Shown: positions 30,704-44,480, counted from the first letter of the stretch. The stretch: 64,000 nt of DNA from Eledone cirrhosa (GCA_964016885.1 OZ024743.1:111910001-111974000); one strand, 5' to 3'. The notes: generated from the sequence alone by a model not told the origin. Made by a program: numbers and translations.

Positions 30704-31959
30704 TGTGTGTGCGTGCGTGCCTGCACATATTGCAGTTCGTTTGCATTTTCCTCATTTTATCTTTATTTCTGCCTTACTATTTGTCTATCTATATACAAAT
30801 AGAGTTATTGAGAGAAAGAGATATTGAAGCAGAAATTGATACAGATACAAAAGAAATGAAGAAAGAAGAGGGAGAACAATAGAGATAAAGAGAAATGGGA
30901 AAAGAGAGAGGGTGTGAGAGAGAGAATGAGTGAGTAATGCAGAAACAGCAAAGTCTCACATCAGATCTATCATGTCATCTGAGTTATCCAGTAATATTTC
31001 CGAATATTCTTGCATCATAGACACTCCCTCAGGTGTTACTATCCATTTATCAGCCTTGATATTCGACCATTCTTCCTCTTCTACCATTTATGCAGTCTTC
31101 TCATGCACCAAGCCTAATTATTAAGGGAATATTTCGTAATGAAATTCTTTCGGTTACGTCATCAGTCATGGATTCACACTTCCTGTTTTTCATTGTTAGT
31201 GGAGAAGAAACATTTTCACACACTTTGGGGCAATACCATCTTTCTGAACACAACTACATCTTCTATTCACCACTCATTCTTATCATCTCTTAACGGAATT
31301 CACAAACTCATACTGTCTTCATTCTCTTCCTCACCATCTTCTTTATTTACTCTCACAGACTTTTGTTTGTTTACTTTTCTCTGTAAGTCATTCCTCTTTA
31401 TATCCCATGTCCTCTATATTTACTTTTTGTTATATTTCTCATAGATTCTTCAACACATTTCCCTTTTACACATCACTTCCACTGATCTACGAGCTAAAAT
31501 TTTCTCTCCTTTTTATCTCTCTTAAATTCAAACATATTATCTTCAGTCTTCTCACTTCCGTAATTTATTCTCTATGTATGTATGTATGTATGTATGTATG
31601 TATGTATGTATGTATGTATGTTCTTCTGGTTTTATAATTTCACAAATGTTTACCAATAGAGAAAAAGTCGGTTTCTAACATAGATACAAGACTCCCTCAT
31701 TGGAATGTACACAACGTCAACTAGGTAGATATGTATGCATGTCTGCATGCATGCATGTGTGTGCAAGTATGGATGTTATTGTATGCGTGGACGTGGATGT
31801 TTTGAGTTATATGTGTGCATATACATATGTTTTGTATCTGTACATGTGTATATACAGTTATTAGATGCAGAATCTTTGGAATGTTTTACATATTTTTCCT
31901 GTTCCATTAATGGATTGTACTTATAATTTCCTAGCTAGTCGTGTTTCTGTGAAGACCAG

Positions 31960-32370
31960 CTTCTCAGGATTTGTACTGAGGCAGTTACTAACATATCACA
32001 GAGCCCCAACAACCACAGATATAAATCTGAAGGTTTATTCAAGGTGGAGTATCTGCAGATTTTACATTAGTTTCTACATAGATATTCTCCTTTCCGCTAA
32101 TCTTTACTATTATATTGGCATCTGCTGGGCAGCTAACTTCCACTACTGTGCATGCTTTCATTTCCCTATCCCATATCATTATATCTGGTCTGTTATGCTT
32201 GCATTTTATTGGGATTTTGACTGGAACATTCCACCAGTACTCTTTCATATTATGTATGTATATGTCTTCTACATTGCTGTAGCTTTTAGTGTGTTCATTG
32301 TCGAGGCTATCTTTTCTACGGATTGCGTTGTACTGTGTTTTGGCCACTACATCAAGCTTCATAGGTAGAT
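31960..32370 (-). pseudogene. Restriction-like endonuclease C-terminus of an R2/R4/NeSL-group retrotransposon
   Basis: YWWNVPVKIPIKCKHNRPDIMIWDREMKACTVVEVSCPADANIIVKISGKENIY: RPD...E...K..Y pattern of RLE domains. Confidence 0.75.
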
Positions 32371-32580
32371 AGTAACGTATGTATATATGTATGTATGGAA
32401 GTATGTATGGAAATATGTATGTATGCATATATGTTGTCCTGGATTCATTATTTTATAAATTTTCAGCAATAGAGAGAGAGCAGTTTGCTGACATAGAAAC
32501 AAGACTCTTTCATTGGAATTTAGACACCTGCAAATATATAAATACGTATGTATGTATGTGTTTGTTTGTGTGTGTATGTA

Positions 32581-32674
<94 letters not shown>

Positions 32675-33789
32675 CGCGCGCGTTTTGGAAGTTATTACAT
32701 GTGGGGATCTGTATGTTTTGAGTAGTATGTGTAACACAATTACTATATGCTGACTTAAATGTTTTACATATCCGAGAACCCTATTGATTACAAGTGCAAA
32801 GCTAAACATATAGTCAGGGTGGAGTTTCTACAGATTCCTCATGTACGTACATATATGTGTATGTATAGGCATACACATATATATATATATATATATGAGG
32901 GTTGAGAGAGAGTGTGTGTGTATATGTGTGTGTGTGTTGCTATGACTGTGTGTGTGTCGGTTAAAGATCATGGGTTCTCAGAATCTTTGTGCATCGAATA
33001 AAATGACTAGCTCTATTTAATTAATTTTACACTTGATACTTCACTAAGTAACAAATAAAATGCCAGTTATATACTGAGATAGATATCAATTATTACAAGG
33101 TGTGGCATGATACCATATTTGAAATCAATATTCAAGAAACAGCTACATTTCTATACATATTTTATAATTCATAATCAAATAAAATTCCTCAACATATTTC
33201 CAAGATATTTTTTATCATCGAAAGAAAAAGATTTGATTTGTACAAAGTTTATTTTTCGAATTAATGAGTGTTGCCCATTAATTTACATGATTCAAATGAA
33301 AAATGTTTACATTCGAAATTGTCAAATATCTAATATGTCAATATAAAAATTGAGTTAGACCATTATTTCCATTAAAATATCTTTTCAAATATAAATATCA
33401 GAATGATGAAAGTCCTTATGGACTTTAACATACACTTCAGAAAAAATTATCACGTATGTATACTATTTGTAGACATACATGTATATACATATGTGTGTAT
33501 TTATATATGTTTCTAAATGTATATATGTGTGGCTTTTGTTGCAAATTCTACCATTCTCACCACTAATTTATTTAACAGAGGTCAATATCATATTGATATC
33601 AAAAGTCCTTTGGCCAGAGCCTGACAATTATCAGTCACTCATAGAACACTTATGTTTACTTAGAATGAACGAACCCTCAAATGTCTGGGCGTTCTGTGTA
33701 TTTTAGTGTGTATGTGTACTTGAGTATGAATGTGAACCTTGTCGTTTATCTGTGTAATTGTATTAGTGTGTATATTTCTAAAAGTACTT

Positions 33790-35400
33790 TTTCCAAAGAA
33801 TCTCTATTAGAATCTTTTGGCAAAGAATATCTGTTCATTAGAATCCTCTGCCAAACCCCCAAATCACCATGTTCCTGAACCACCGAAAACATACAAAAAT
33901 AACCATTTTACAAAGACAGTCTGATGATTTATTTTGAATTAAACATTTAAAGTCCTCTAGAGGCCCGGGCTTGTAATCTTACTGGATACAACCCTAATAT
34001 TACGGAGTGGGTTCGCAAACATCTCATCAAGACGTCCCTCACGTGTACTAAATTATTGGTCGTAATACTAAACTAAGAGAATCAACTGCACTAATTCAAT
34101 GAAAACGTACAGATTCAATAAAGCTTTCTTGCAGCACAGAAATTCACAAAAATCATTGCGTCCTGAAACACTGCTAAACTCAATTCTAATAGACCAGATT
34201 CTGACATCAGTGGGGAAGAATCCAGGTAATGTGACTGCATGGACAAAAACATTGTTCTTTAAACAAATGCCGGCAACAGAATCTCGTGTAAAAGTGCAAC
34301 ATCCTGACGGAACATGTCAACAAAGCCTACAACGGATTAACTACCTGCCAATTCAAGCTAAAGCTTTACCAACACTAACATACCTTTAGAAACCCGTCCC
34401 GGGGGAATGCTTCTAAATCATTTAGCCATATTTGTGATCTCCGCGAAAACAGCATCATCTATGTACAGAACTGCATACCCTTGTCCAATGCCAAACCTTA
34501 TAGAGGAGGACGCCTCCTGTGCAAGAGAGTTTTCCCAACTTTCATTGTACATACACTGCAACATTCACACTAGGTCATCATAGTACATTTGCACACGCGA
34601 TTGTGCATTCACACTGGCAATTATATACTTAGATCTACATACCACATACGAACAAACGATTATAACTCCACACAAAGTTCAATAGCAGACCCTAATAGCA
34701 CCCAGAAATAAAAACAAAATTATCGCTTACGTACAAGCGAGCACAACTGCAGACAAACTTCACCAGTAGACGCCACTAGCATCCAGAAATACATTCATAA
34801 CTATATCTTATTTAAGCACGTGAGCCAACAGTGTTACACTAAAGCACACATACTATCATTTAACAAAACAAAATTAATAGCACATGCAACGAGTACATAA
34901 GCAGCTCATCTTGCCCCAATAGGTACATACCACAACAATTCTACGATGCCGGCATTAAAACGACAACACCCATCGTAGCACTCCAATAAAGAAATATCAA
35001 TACCTAATTGCACGTGGACAGCCCCGCGACCCCCATGGAACTCACATACGTAGCCAAGACAAAGATAGACCCATTACATTGCATAATAAATAGTAATCAC
35101 CCACTCCACATATTCCACTATAAATACATGAAATCTAATCGCCACCACTAATTCTATAGTACTATGAAATGTGGAAGTTTTAAGTAAATCAAATCTTTAC
35201 TCCTAACCCTAATTTAAGTGCTAGCTTAGTTACTAGTAAATACATTTTAACAAAAAAATCCACTAGATTTTACTTTAATAGAACCGGTCGGTTGTTCCTT
35301 GTATTTTTTCCAAATAACTAACGTTGACAGATACATTTAATTTGCCAATCAGTGAATTTGGACAATTCTTTGATTAGGACGACCTGCTGCTAGCTCTGAC
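33790..35400 (+). mobile_element. Old Penelope-like copy related to the element at 37195-40015
   Basis: Frameshifted translation NKAYNGLTTCQFKLKLYQH*HTFRNPSR...PYRGGRLLC (about 34250-34525) aligns with NKAYIGLTACDFRTRLYQHRDTFRNPAR...SYTGGRRPC. Decayed hammerhead end GAACCGGTC at 35281-35289. Confidence 0.75.
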
Positions 35401-35476
35401 GCCAGTTCTATAGACCTGTTGTCTGGAAGTCACGATAACTTTGCCTGGGAGTAGACATGTACACACACACATACAC

Positions 35477-35539
<63 letters not shown>

Positions 35540-35546
35540 CACATAA

Positions 35547-35577
<31 letters not shown>

Positions 35578-35977
35578 CACATACACACACACACTCACAC
35601 ACGCACGCACACTCACACGCACACAATCATATATTTGTTTCGATGAATATCATTCTACCTCCTCCTCTCCTCGAATATTCTCTCTCAAGTCGACCAGGCA
35701 GATACAGTCAGACTCGCACATACAACCCCACCCTAACCATAAAAGGATTAAATTTCATAATTGCATAAATAATGTTTGGACAAACCACACCAATGATGAT
35801 GAACCAGTAAACCACCAAACCCTTCGACAATCAGTGTGGAACAAGCCGTTGAAAAGCCTCGAGCTCAGCCTCCGATTCCCTAATCTTTTTAATATAACCA
35901 TACTCTACTAACCTAAGTTTTGAGTATTCTGTTGATTAATGGTCTAACCAGTTTCATCCTGAATCCATCTTGATTAT

Positions 35978-36023
<46 letters not shown>

Positions 36024-36029
<6 letters not shown>

Positions 36030-36295
36030 AAGGAAAGTATCCTCAATCACTGAAGAGGTCACAGAATGTGTGACGAAAGAACTTTGACAATATATGAACA
36101 ATCATCTGGTTGTGGAACCAACCAACCAACCGGAAATTTATAAATTCCTAAATTTATAAATGTATTATAATAAATTGAAGTGAAATCATGGTGCGTGTGT
36201 TTCTTATTGGCAACATGACCGTCCCAAAGTATAACAATATCGGTGTCAACACACGTTTTCAGATAAAGAATCTTGCTAAACAAATTCAGAAACGA
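36024..36295 (+). mobile_element. ORF-less hammerhead-bearing repeat (family of 14340-14620)
   Basis: TCA-CTGAAGA-G-GTCACA(GAATG)TGTGAC-GAAA-GAAC-TT-TGA at 36047-36087. Confidence 0.7.
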
Positions 36296-36346
36296 TATAT
36301 ATATATATAAATATATAAGAAAATTTCGCTCTACATGGCTGAATAC

Positions 36347-36988
36347 GATAAATGTAATCTGAGTTTTTCGAATATTAATGATAACATTCGATTCGTTTGC
36401 AATTATGCAAACAAGCCTCAATGTTATAGCCATGTCAGTAGAATGAACACTTCATTCTTGCTCTTATGTTGGCATGCGAACAGAACTGCAGACATTAATG
36501 TTTCTGGATATCACCTGTTCACCTGCCAAACTGACGGAGGTAGTGACAATATATGCGATTTTCAAAAATACCCAATTTTTTTTTTTATTTAAATTTGGCA
36601 AAGCCGGCCATTTAGTGCTCGTATACAGGAAACTGACTGGCCAGTTTGCTGATATGCAAATCTGGCTGATTAGTGGATCTGCTAATATGCAGATCTGACT
36701 GATCAGTCACTCTGCTATTATACAAATCAGACCGATCAGTCACTGTGTATTTTGAAAATAGCATATATTTTCACTAGCTCTAACAGTTTGGCAAGTGAAC
36801 AGTGAGCTGTACTGATGAAGGGTGATACCCAGAAATATTAGTGTCTGCAGTTCTGTTCGCATGCCAACATAAGAGCAAGAATGAAATGTTCATTCTACTA
36901 ACATGGCTATACCATTGAGGCGTGTCTGCATAAATGCAAACGAATCGAATGTTGTTATTAATATGCGAAAAACTCAGATTACATTTAT
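36347..36988. mobile_element. Fold-back unit: ~225-240-bp inverted arms around short tandem repeats
   Basis: 36347-36571 versus 36747-36988 in inverted orientation. Three ~33-bp repeats GCT(G/A)AT..GCA(A/G)ATCTG.CTGAT.AGT lie in the spacer. Confidence 0.8.
36807..36850 (+). ncRNA. Type I hammerhead ribozyme motif
   Basis: CTGTA-CTGATGA-A-GGGT(GAT)ACCC-A-GAAA-TATTAGTG-TC-TGCAG. The left-arm copy shows the palindromic CATTAATG stem III. Confidence 0.8.
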
Positions 36989-37011
36989 TATTATTATTAT
37001 ATATATATATA

Positions 37012-37118
37012 ATCCCGCCGAGGTTAACTTTGCCTTTCATCCTTACGGGGTCGATAAAATAAAGTACCAGAATGCACTGGTTAATTGCTGGCCTTGTGCC
37101 AAAAGTAGAAACAATTAT
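37012..37118 (+). mobile_element. 5'-truncated young SINE
   Basis: Near-perfect match to the reverse complement of 9604-9712 and 61068-61170. Confidence 0.9.
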
Positions 37119-37194
37119 TATATATATATACATTCCATAAAATAAAGTACCAGTAATGTAGTGGTACTTTATTTTATCGAATATATATATATAA

Positions 37195-40015
37195 TAGTGA
37201 ATGAATTTTATGAGTTAGTAGTAATCATCCGAATCTATCTTACAGTGACAGGTCTACAAATAGGGGGGCAAAATACTAAAGAAACTACTACGAAATAATA
37301 ATTCGGAGTCCCGAAAATGAATACTAATACAATATATAAGGGTGCCGCTACGATACAAAAATTCTAATACAAACAACATAAATGCTCGTACGATATATAT
37401 GAAAAATTTGAGACGAAAAATATTAATTCCGAATCCCCCCCCCCCCAAAAAAAAAAAAATAATAAATACTGATATACGAGAAACTGAACAGAGACACTAA
37501 GAAATCTAGAAAGCACGGAAATGGGGCAGCCTTAGGATAAGAAAGCAAGTATCTGGGGTCTATCACATCTGCTATAAAAAGCGGAGTCGGCTAATTCTGA
37601 GGGCCTGATTGTAATAAGGCGCATGTTCCTCGAATATCTGCTCATAAGCGACAAACGAGATATGCGGAGGGAGATGTTTTTAACCAGGTTATTGGTGATG
37701 TTTCTAGGATGATGATCAGGAGCAGCCTAAACTCCACCTATAAAAAGGCTAACCACTCAAGCATCAAGGACATAAATTTAAAATAACCCTACAAACGTCC
37801 CTAACCCGAGTTAACTTCCTGGACGTTTCACTTGACCTCGATAATGACCTGTACTACCCATACAGGAAACCCAATGACAACCTGCACTCCATCCACCGCC
37901 GGTCAAACCATCCTAGAAACATCTCCAATAACCTGGTTAAGAACATCTCCCTCCGCATATCTCGTTTGTCCGTTAATGAGCAGATATTCGAGGAACATGC
38001 GCCTTATTTCAACCAGGCCCTCAAGCGGAGTGGCTTCCGGGAGGAAATACCTACTGTCCAGCTCCCATTAGCGGAACCAGCAGGCGACACCGCCGCTCAC
38101 GCAACGTAACATAGTTCAATCCTCCCCACAACGCCGAGGTGACAACACCTATCGGGAAAATCTTCTTTAGGCTCATCGAAAAAAACTTCCCACTACAACA
38201 CCGCTACCACAACATAATCAACAAAAATACCATCAAACTCTCCTACAGCACCACACCTAACTTTGCACAAAACATCGTCTCCTCCAACAACAAAAAACTC
38301 AACCCCTATGGAAGAAATAACCTAAATAGCAGAGGAGAGCCGACCATGAGGGGCAACTGTCCTGATGGATCCATTTGCCCCCTCGACAACAGATGCAGAG
38401 ATCGTAATGTGATCTATCAGTGCAACGTGAGGACGGACACCTCCAACAAAGCTTATATAGGATTAACCGCATGTGACTTCAGGACCCGGCTATACCAACA
38501 CAGGGATACTTTCCGAAACCCGGCCCGGCGTCACGCCACCACACTTTCGGGCCACATTTGGGACCTCAAAGATAACAATATTACCTATGATCTCACTTGG
38601 AGCTTACTGTCCAGAGCCAACTCTTACACGGGAGGACGCCGTCCGTGCAATTTATGTTCGGAGGAAACATTACAAATGCTGTTTTCGACAGACCAACTCC
38701 TAAACAAGAAAGACGAACTGGTAACTGCATGCAAACACAGATTATGTAGGACTTACCTCGGCCTCAAACCCCATAATGACCCGGGGGGGGGTGACAAGTG
38801 CTGTAACACCCCACTTGCCGACTTTGTAATGGGTAACCCTTGCTTCCAAAGGTAGACGTAAGATTTTCTTATATATCTTGTTATCGTTTCCTCTATATTT
38901 CAATCTTCCACCCATCCCTTCCTAGTCCTTCCACCCCAGTTCTCCTTCTTTGTCGTCGTCCTTTTCACTTTCTCACCCACCCCGAGGCAGCCCTTCGGTC
39001 CTTTGTAGCCTCAGTACCACCACCCCCATCCCCTATTCTATGATAGCATTGGCTGACTCCGCTTTTTATAGATGTGATAGACCCCAGATACTTGCTTTCT
39101 TATCAGATGGCTGCCCCATTTCAGTGCTTTCTAGATTTCTTAGTGGTGGCTCTGCTTCAGTTCTCGTATATCAGTATTTTTGTTGGGGGGGGGGGGGGAT
39201 TCTGAATTAATATTTTTCGTATCAAATTTTTCATATATATCGTACGACCATTTATGTAGTTTGTATTAGAATGTTTGTATCGTAGCGGCACCCTTATATA
39301 TTGTATTAGTATTCATTTTGGGGATTCTGAATAATTATTTCGTATTAGTTTCGGGTCTCCGAATTATTATTTCGTAGTAGTTTCTTTAGTATTTTGGCCC
39401 CCTACTTGTTGACCTGTCACTGTAAGATAGATACGGATGATTACTACTAACTCATAAAATTCTTTCACTACAATCTCGTATTTAGTATTCCGTCCCACCT
39501 ATTACACTTTTCTGTAGTTTGGCAGTACCAGTGAAAGACTTGATGATTGTTGTAACCAGAAATTGTTTTTTTCATATTTTTAACATTCTTATTATTCTTT
39601 TATATATTTACTCCATATTGATTTCGACTTCCTCCCCTTCCCACTCCCTAGTATACTTTCTCGACCTCTTATCCTTAGGATCCTGCTGTAGTTGGCACTA
39701 TCAACGCACGACTGGATTTCCTCCACTCCCTCTCCCTCTCTCTTCTACTGGCAAGTTCAGCTACCCCTTCCTTCCACAATATGCCATGATAGAATTATGT
39801 GTCTCAACAACAAACTTTTGACCAACCCTGTGACAATCACTTTTACCATATATGGAATTACCCCTTGAGAAGCTCGGCTATTCATGTACCAGGATAAACA
39901 TTTTCATTTAGTCCAGAATTAGCCGTCGGGGTCCTACTCGTTCCTATTGGCCACTCTACTACCCTAAGTATTGAGTACTTTGGTGCGTTATGGTCCATCC
40001 GATCACATCTCCTTC
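37195..40015 (+). mobile_element. 5'-truncated Penelope-like element with doubly inverted 5' end
   Basis: 37195-37594 = reverse complement of 39049-39470, and 37598-37714 = reverse complement of 37906-38023. RT thumb and GIY-YIG in the body. (TA)n flanks. Confidence 0.9.
37770..38855 (+). pseudogene. PLE RT thumb and GIY-YIG endonuclease (endonuclease frame open 38139-38855)
   Basis: VNFLDV, YRKPND, SNHP, ALKRSGF, then after a frameshift IKLSYS, CPLDNRC, VIYQC...AYIGLT...RLYQH, CNLCSEE and LLNKKDELVTACKH. Confidence 0.9.
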
Positions 40016-40016
40016 G

Positions 40017-40202
<186 letters not shown>

Positions 40203-40654
40203 GACACTATTCATTCTATATTTGTTGTCAACTAAACTACATTCTAAACTGTATCTTAGTTTAGATAAAATCACCTTTACTGATATAATTTAGTATCTGG
40301 AATTTCTTAAGTCACTGAACAGTTATATTCAATTATCGTTCTACTTAATCATTTGTTATGTGCTCCCAAAAGATTTAACATTCGTTTAAGGTATCTTAAG
40401 AGTAGTTTCTTCACAACTTCACTTACGTTGTAATAACATGCCTTTAAATTCCCATTGGTGGAACTCTAACCCTAGTGTATCTTAATTTTTTTGCTATAAT
40501 ATATTAGAGTTAATTAAATATCTAAAGTTAGTTACCTTAAATATTATATCACTTAAAATATTAATTACCATTTTAGGCTTCCATAACTTTAACGTTTACT
40601 CAAATACATTTTAAACGTTATTATATATATATTAATGTAGGGTACTGCTATGAT

Positions 40655-40960
40655 ACCCGTTGCATCAGCCAATGTAACTTATGGATCTTTTTCCTCACAA
40701 TTTTGCGGAAACACTCCTCCCAGGTTTTAGGAAGTGCACAGCATTACTGGAACCTAACACCTTGATCTCGACGGTGATTAGCCAGAATAGGAAGCAGTCA
40801 ATCCAGTCCCTCGATTTCAATGTTTTCCCCATTGAGATCCCAACTCCACGTCAATTAGCAGGTCGTTCCAATATGGTTCATTTTCAGGTCGTTTCTCATG
40901 TTCATGAATTCATATATGGAGATTATGATGACAGTGTAGTTTGTTGTGTCGTGACGCATA
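40655..40960 (-). mobile_element. Possible mariner transposase fossil
   Basis: Minus-strand HFLKPGRSVSAK resembles the mariner segment FLKPGETITAE. Little else is recognisable. Confidence 0.35.
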
Positions 40961-41057
40961 ATAAATCTCATCAATTTCAACTAATGTTTTGTTTTCTGAC
41001 GTTTCATTCAATGTTAACTATCCTTGATTATTTGCTTCTTCTGTCTATTATTTATTT

Positions 41058-41228
41058 CAGACCTGCCAACCTCTTAAAACCCAAACGGTGAATACCATGA
41101 AAAAAGGTTCCCCCAAAACAAGAAGAAATGGTGTGACTTTACATACTGAAGGCTATACCCTTTGTTACAAGAGAAGACCAAAAGTGGATAGTAGATCTCC
41201 CCGTCGGACGGGGGTTTTGACCGGCCTG
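41058..41228 (+). mobile_element. MITE (family of 9509-9886)
   Basis: Ends CAGACCTGCCAACC and TTGACCGGCCTG. Internal blocks shared with 9509-9886. Confidence 0.65.
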
Positions 41229-41983
41229 TTATTTCCATCATTTCACCGTAAAACAATAGGGAATCCCAGCATACCTTAGTTTCTGGCTGGCTCTATGGAC
41301 TTGTGTGTGTGTGTGTGCTGGTTTGAACGAATCCACCGGAATGTTATCCGGAGACGGTGTGGAAACAAGTTCGTAGACAAATTATTCTGCTTCTGCTCTT
41401 ATCTATATATCTTAATTCCTTTTGCAACACTCATTTTTCTTAGTGCAAAAGATACCTTAATTAAATAAATATAAAGTAGAATCTAACGTGTTCATTAGAG
41501 TCAGTCGGCGGCAAAAAAATATATTCTAACAATATATCCACAACCCAGTACAAACCAATGAAGAAATGTGTCCAAAGAGATTTTACGAAACGAATTATAA
41601 TTAAACATTTTTCTTAGTCTAGCAAATAATCAACTAGATTTAAACTGATTAATGAATTCATTTCTTCAAATTTCGGTGCCCAATCAGATGGAATCTACAA
41701 GCAAAGATTGTAATTACGTCTAAGTGTATTACTCAAACTGAATCTTCGTTCAATAGCATCATGATTCAGTAATTGAGGAAGTCATTAATACGTTATATAC
41801 TGTTAGAAGAGAAAGCTATGAAACTAGTTTCAGCTAGAACGATCAATGATAAATTAAACAAATCCTAGACTTGGTAGAGAATGAAATTTACGACTATTTT
41901 CTCAAATGAAGGATCAATACTTTTTAATTTCAAATTCAGATTATTCATTGTTTGCAAAATAAACTATATACACGGTAAGCTAC

Positions 41984-42053
<70 letters not shown>

Positions 42054-42105
42054 GGATGAAAATACGTATATATGTATATACTTATATGTATATGTTTTAT
42101 GTATT

Positions 42106-42151
<46 letters not shown>

Positions 42152-42229
42152 TATGTATATGTGTATGAGTGATTGAGAGATAGATAGATAGAGAGTGAGT
42201 GAATGTACGTATAGATAGATGGATAGATA

Positions 42230-43000
42230 TACCCATACGTTTCAAAACTTTTTATAGTTATATATATTTTAAACCCTAAATAGTGAAGGTCAGTAATTTA
42301 CACCTTATTACCAGTAAGATAAATAGCTCAATGTAATAACATCAGTTGTTCTACAGAGCACTTCTATATAGCTAGTAGCAATAAAAGGAAAACACGACAG
42401 GGGTTAAACCTTCAAATTAACATTATATCTACTAACCCTGATATCAATAGTAATAATAGTAATACCAGTAGTGTAAGCAATAACGCTGAGAGCGACAACC
42501 CCCATAGCCATAATGCAACAACTAACAACCAGACTTCTACACAACATAATAACCGGCAGGTTAACATCCAAAATAATTGTAACTGTAGATCTAATAGAAC
42601 CTGCCTTTTAGATAAAAAATGCTTAATCAAGGATAGCATATACTCATGCACCGTCATAACTAGCAACTCTTCTGAAACCTATATAGGCTCTACTTCAAAC
42701 TGCTTCAAAACCAGATACAACTCGCACCTCTATTCTTTCACAAAACACAGTCTAGCCAACTCCACTTCACTATCTAGCTACATACACTATCTAAAAACTA
42801 AAAATGGATCTTATACACTTAAATGGGAAATGATAGGTAAGGCGGCATCGTACAAACCACCTAATAAATTTTGTAACATCTGTCTACTAGAGACCCATAC
42901 TATAATCTTCTCAAACCATAACCTCCTTAATAAAAAAAATCGGAAGTATTGGCGTCGTGCCAGCACCGCTTCCGACACTCCTTCAAAAACTTTAAACCCA
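42230..43000 (+). pseudogene. PLE GIY-YIG endonuclease remnant
   Basis: Open frame NCNCRSNRTCLLDKKCLIKDSIYSC...TYIGSTSNCFKTRYNSH...KWEMIGKA...FCNICLLE...LLNKK, then a frameshift to SEVLASCQH. Confidence 0.85.
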
Positions 43001-44480
43001 ATATATAGCAATGTCAGACTTGAACCCATCACCACTTCTAGCACTACACCTCAGTGGCACACCTTACACCACAACTGCACACTCACTGATCCACCCTATC
43101 TTAACACAAATCGTTCCACCTATCTAAAACTTTATACACTAGAAATATCCCCATGTACACCTACTTTTAGTATAATTACTTTCAATTACTTATAATTATA
43201 TAGTGGTACAATACAGTCTATGTAAACTTTAAATACCAGATTCGACAATGGATTATTTGTGCAGATGTATTTCTATATGTGGAGTGCTATCATTGGATAT
43301 ATATAAGATTTATTTATTAACATAAGAGATCTGTATAACCTATATGCTGAGTGCAATGAATTGTGTATGAGTGATATGTGAATTATATATGCATGTTTAA
43401 CTTGATGGATGGATTAATGACATTGTAGGTGAGAGATGCTTTTTGGTCTGCCCTAGAGATGTATTTAGTTTTGCCATGCAGTCAGCCATACGCTGCCCCA
43501 GAGCTTACCGGGGGTTATATAGACGTAATTCTAATAGGTCCCCTGACAGGTATTGTGAGTACACTACATTTTCATAGATCTTTGATATTCGGTTGTGGCA
43601 CTCTATGATAGGAAGTAATCATCTTAATATAGATACATTTAGTACTTCAAGATAGAGTAGACTGTAATTAAAAATAGGATACTTAAAATTGGAAACTGAG
43701 TATATAACCGTCTATATAAGGGACTCAATAGAGACACCTTATATTGTATGTTGGAATAATAAATTTAGTTATAGAAATCAGCTAGTTACCTCCCCTTACG
43801 CATTAACTCCCCTTAATCACACACATACTTCCGGATAATATACCGATGTAAATTCTCGCAACAGAAACAAACTGCTCTATAAAATTGGATTAAAGAACAC
43901 TGAGCCGCAGCAAGCTAAAATAATTTTAATTTATTGCATCAAACATCCAATGCGAAATCATCGTTAATTATGTGAAGGACGTATAAACTATATATTACGT
44001 TTCTTGAATGTGAAAATGGTTGTGGATACAAAAACCATAACTTTCTTTTGCTTCTCCTTTATACTATTTTTCTGCACGCATACTTCTCTATCATATACAA
44101 AAAATATCTTACCACTACAACCTCCATAATACTCTTACTTACCCGCTTTAAGTGCTTCTATTACATGTAACACCCTGCCGCACAATAATATACAATTGAG
44201 ACACACGTGCATGCCCCACGTGTAACTAACGCATAAAATAACTAAAATGACTACTACCTCTGACTAACAAACTATCCTCTTGCATTATCTATGTTAACTG
44301 CCGATTGTATTTTAATTTTGCTTTGATTTTGTTTTAATGTGATTTTGATTTTGTATTTGAATTGCTCTACAGAAATATAATATAATATAAGTCACTCCAC
44401 TGTACATCAATATATACATATATATCCGTATGTCTTTTGAGTTGGAAAGGAGGTCAATCATGTGTACAAACATTGAAAAA

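Noticed and set aside
31135-31172. Minus-strand CTGATGA-CGTAACC-GAAA resembling a hammerhead
   Set aside because: Stem II cannot close (C-C), and stems I and III do not pair consistently with one cleavage site.
36648-36746. CRISPR-like short repeats
   Set aside because: Repeats are contiguous and degenerate with no unique spacers, no cas genes, and a eukaryotic context.
38139-38855. Selenocysteine-encoding PLE (in-frame TGA at conserved Cys positions, as reported for some Naiad elements)
   Set aside because: The Cys positions in the GIY-YIG remnants at 38139, 42575 and 14785 are ordinary TGC/TGT codons, and no in-frame TGA was seen there.
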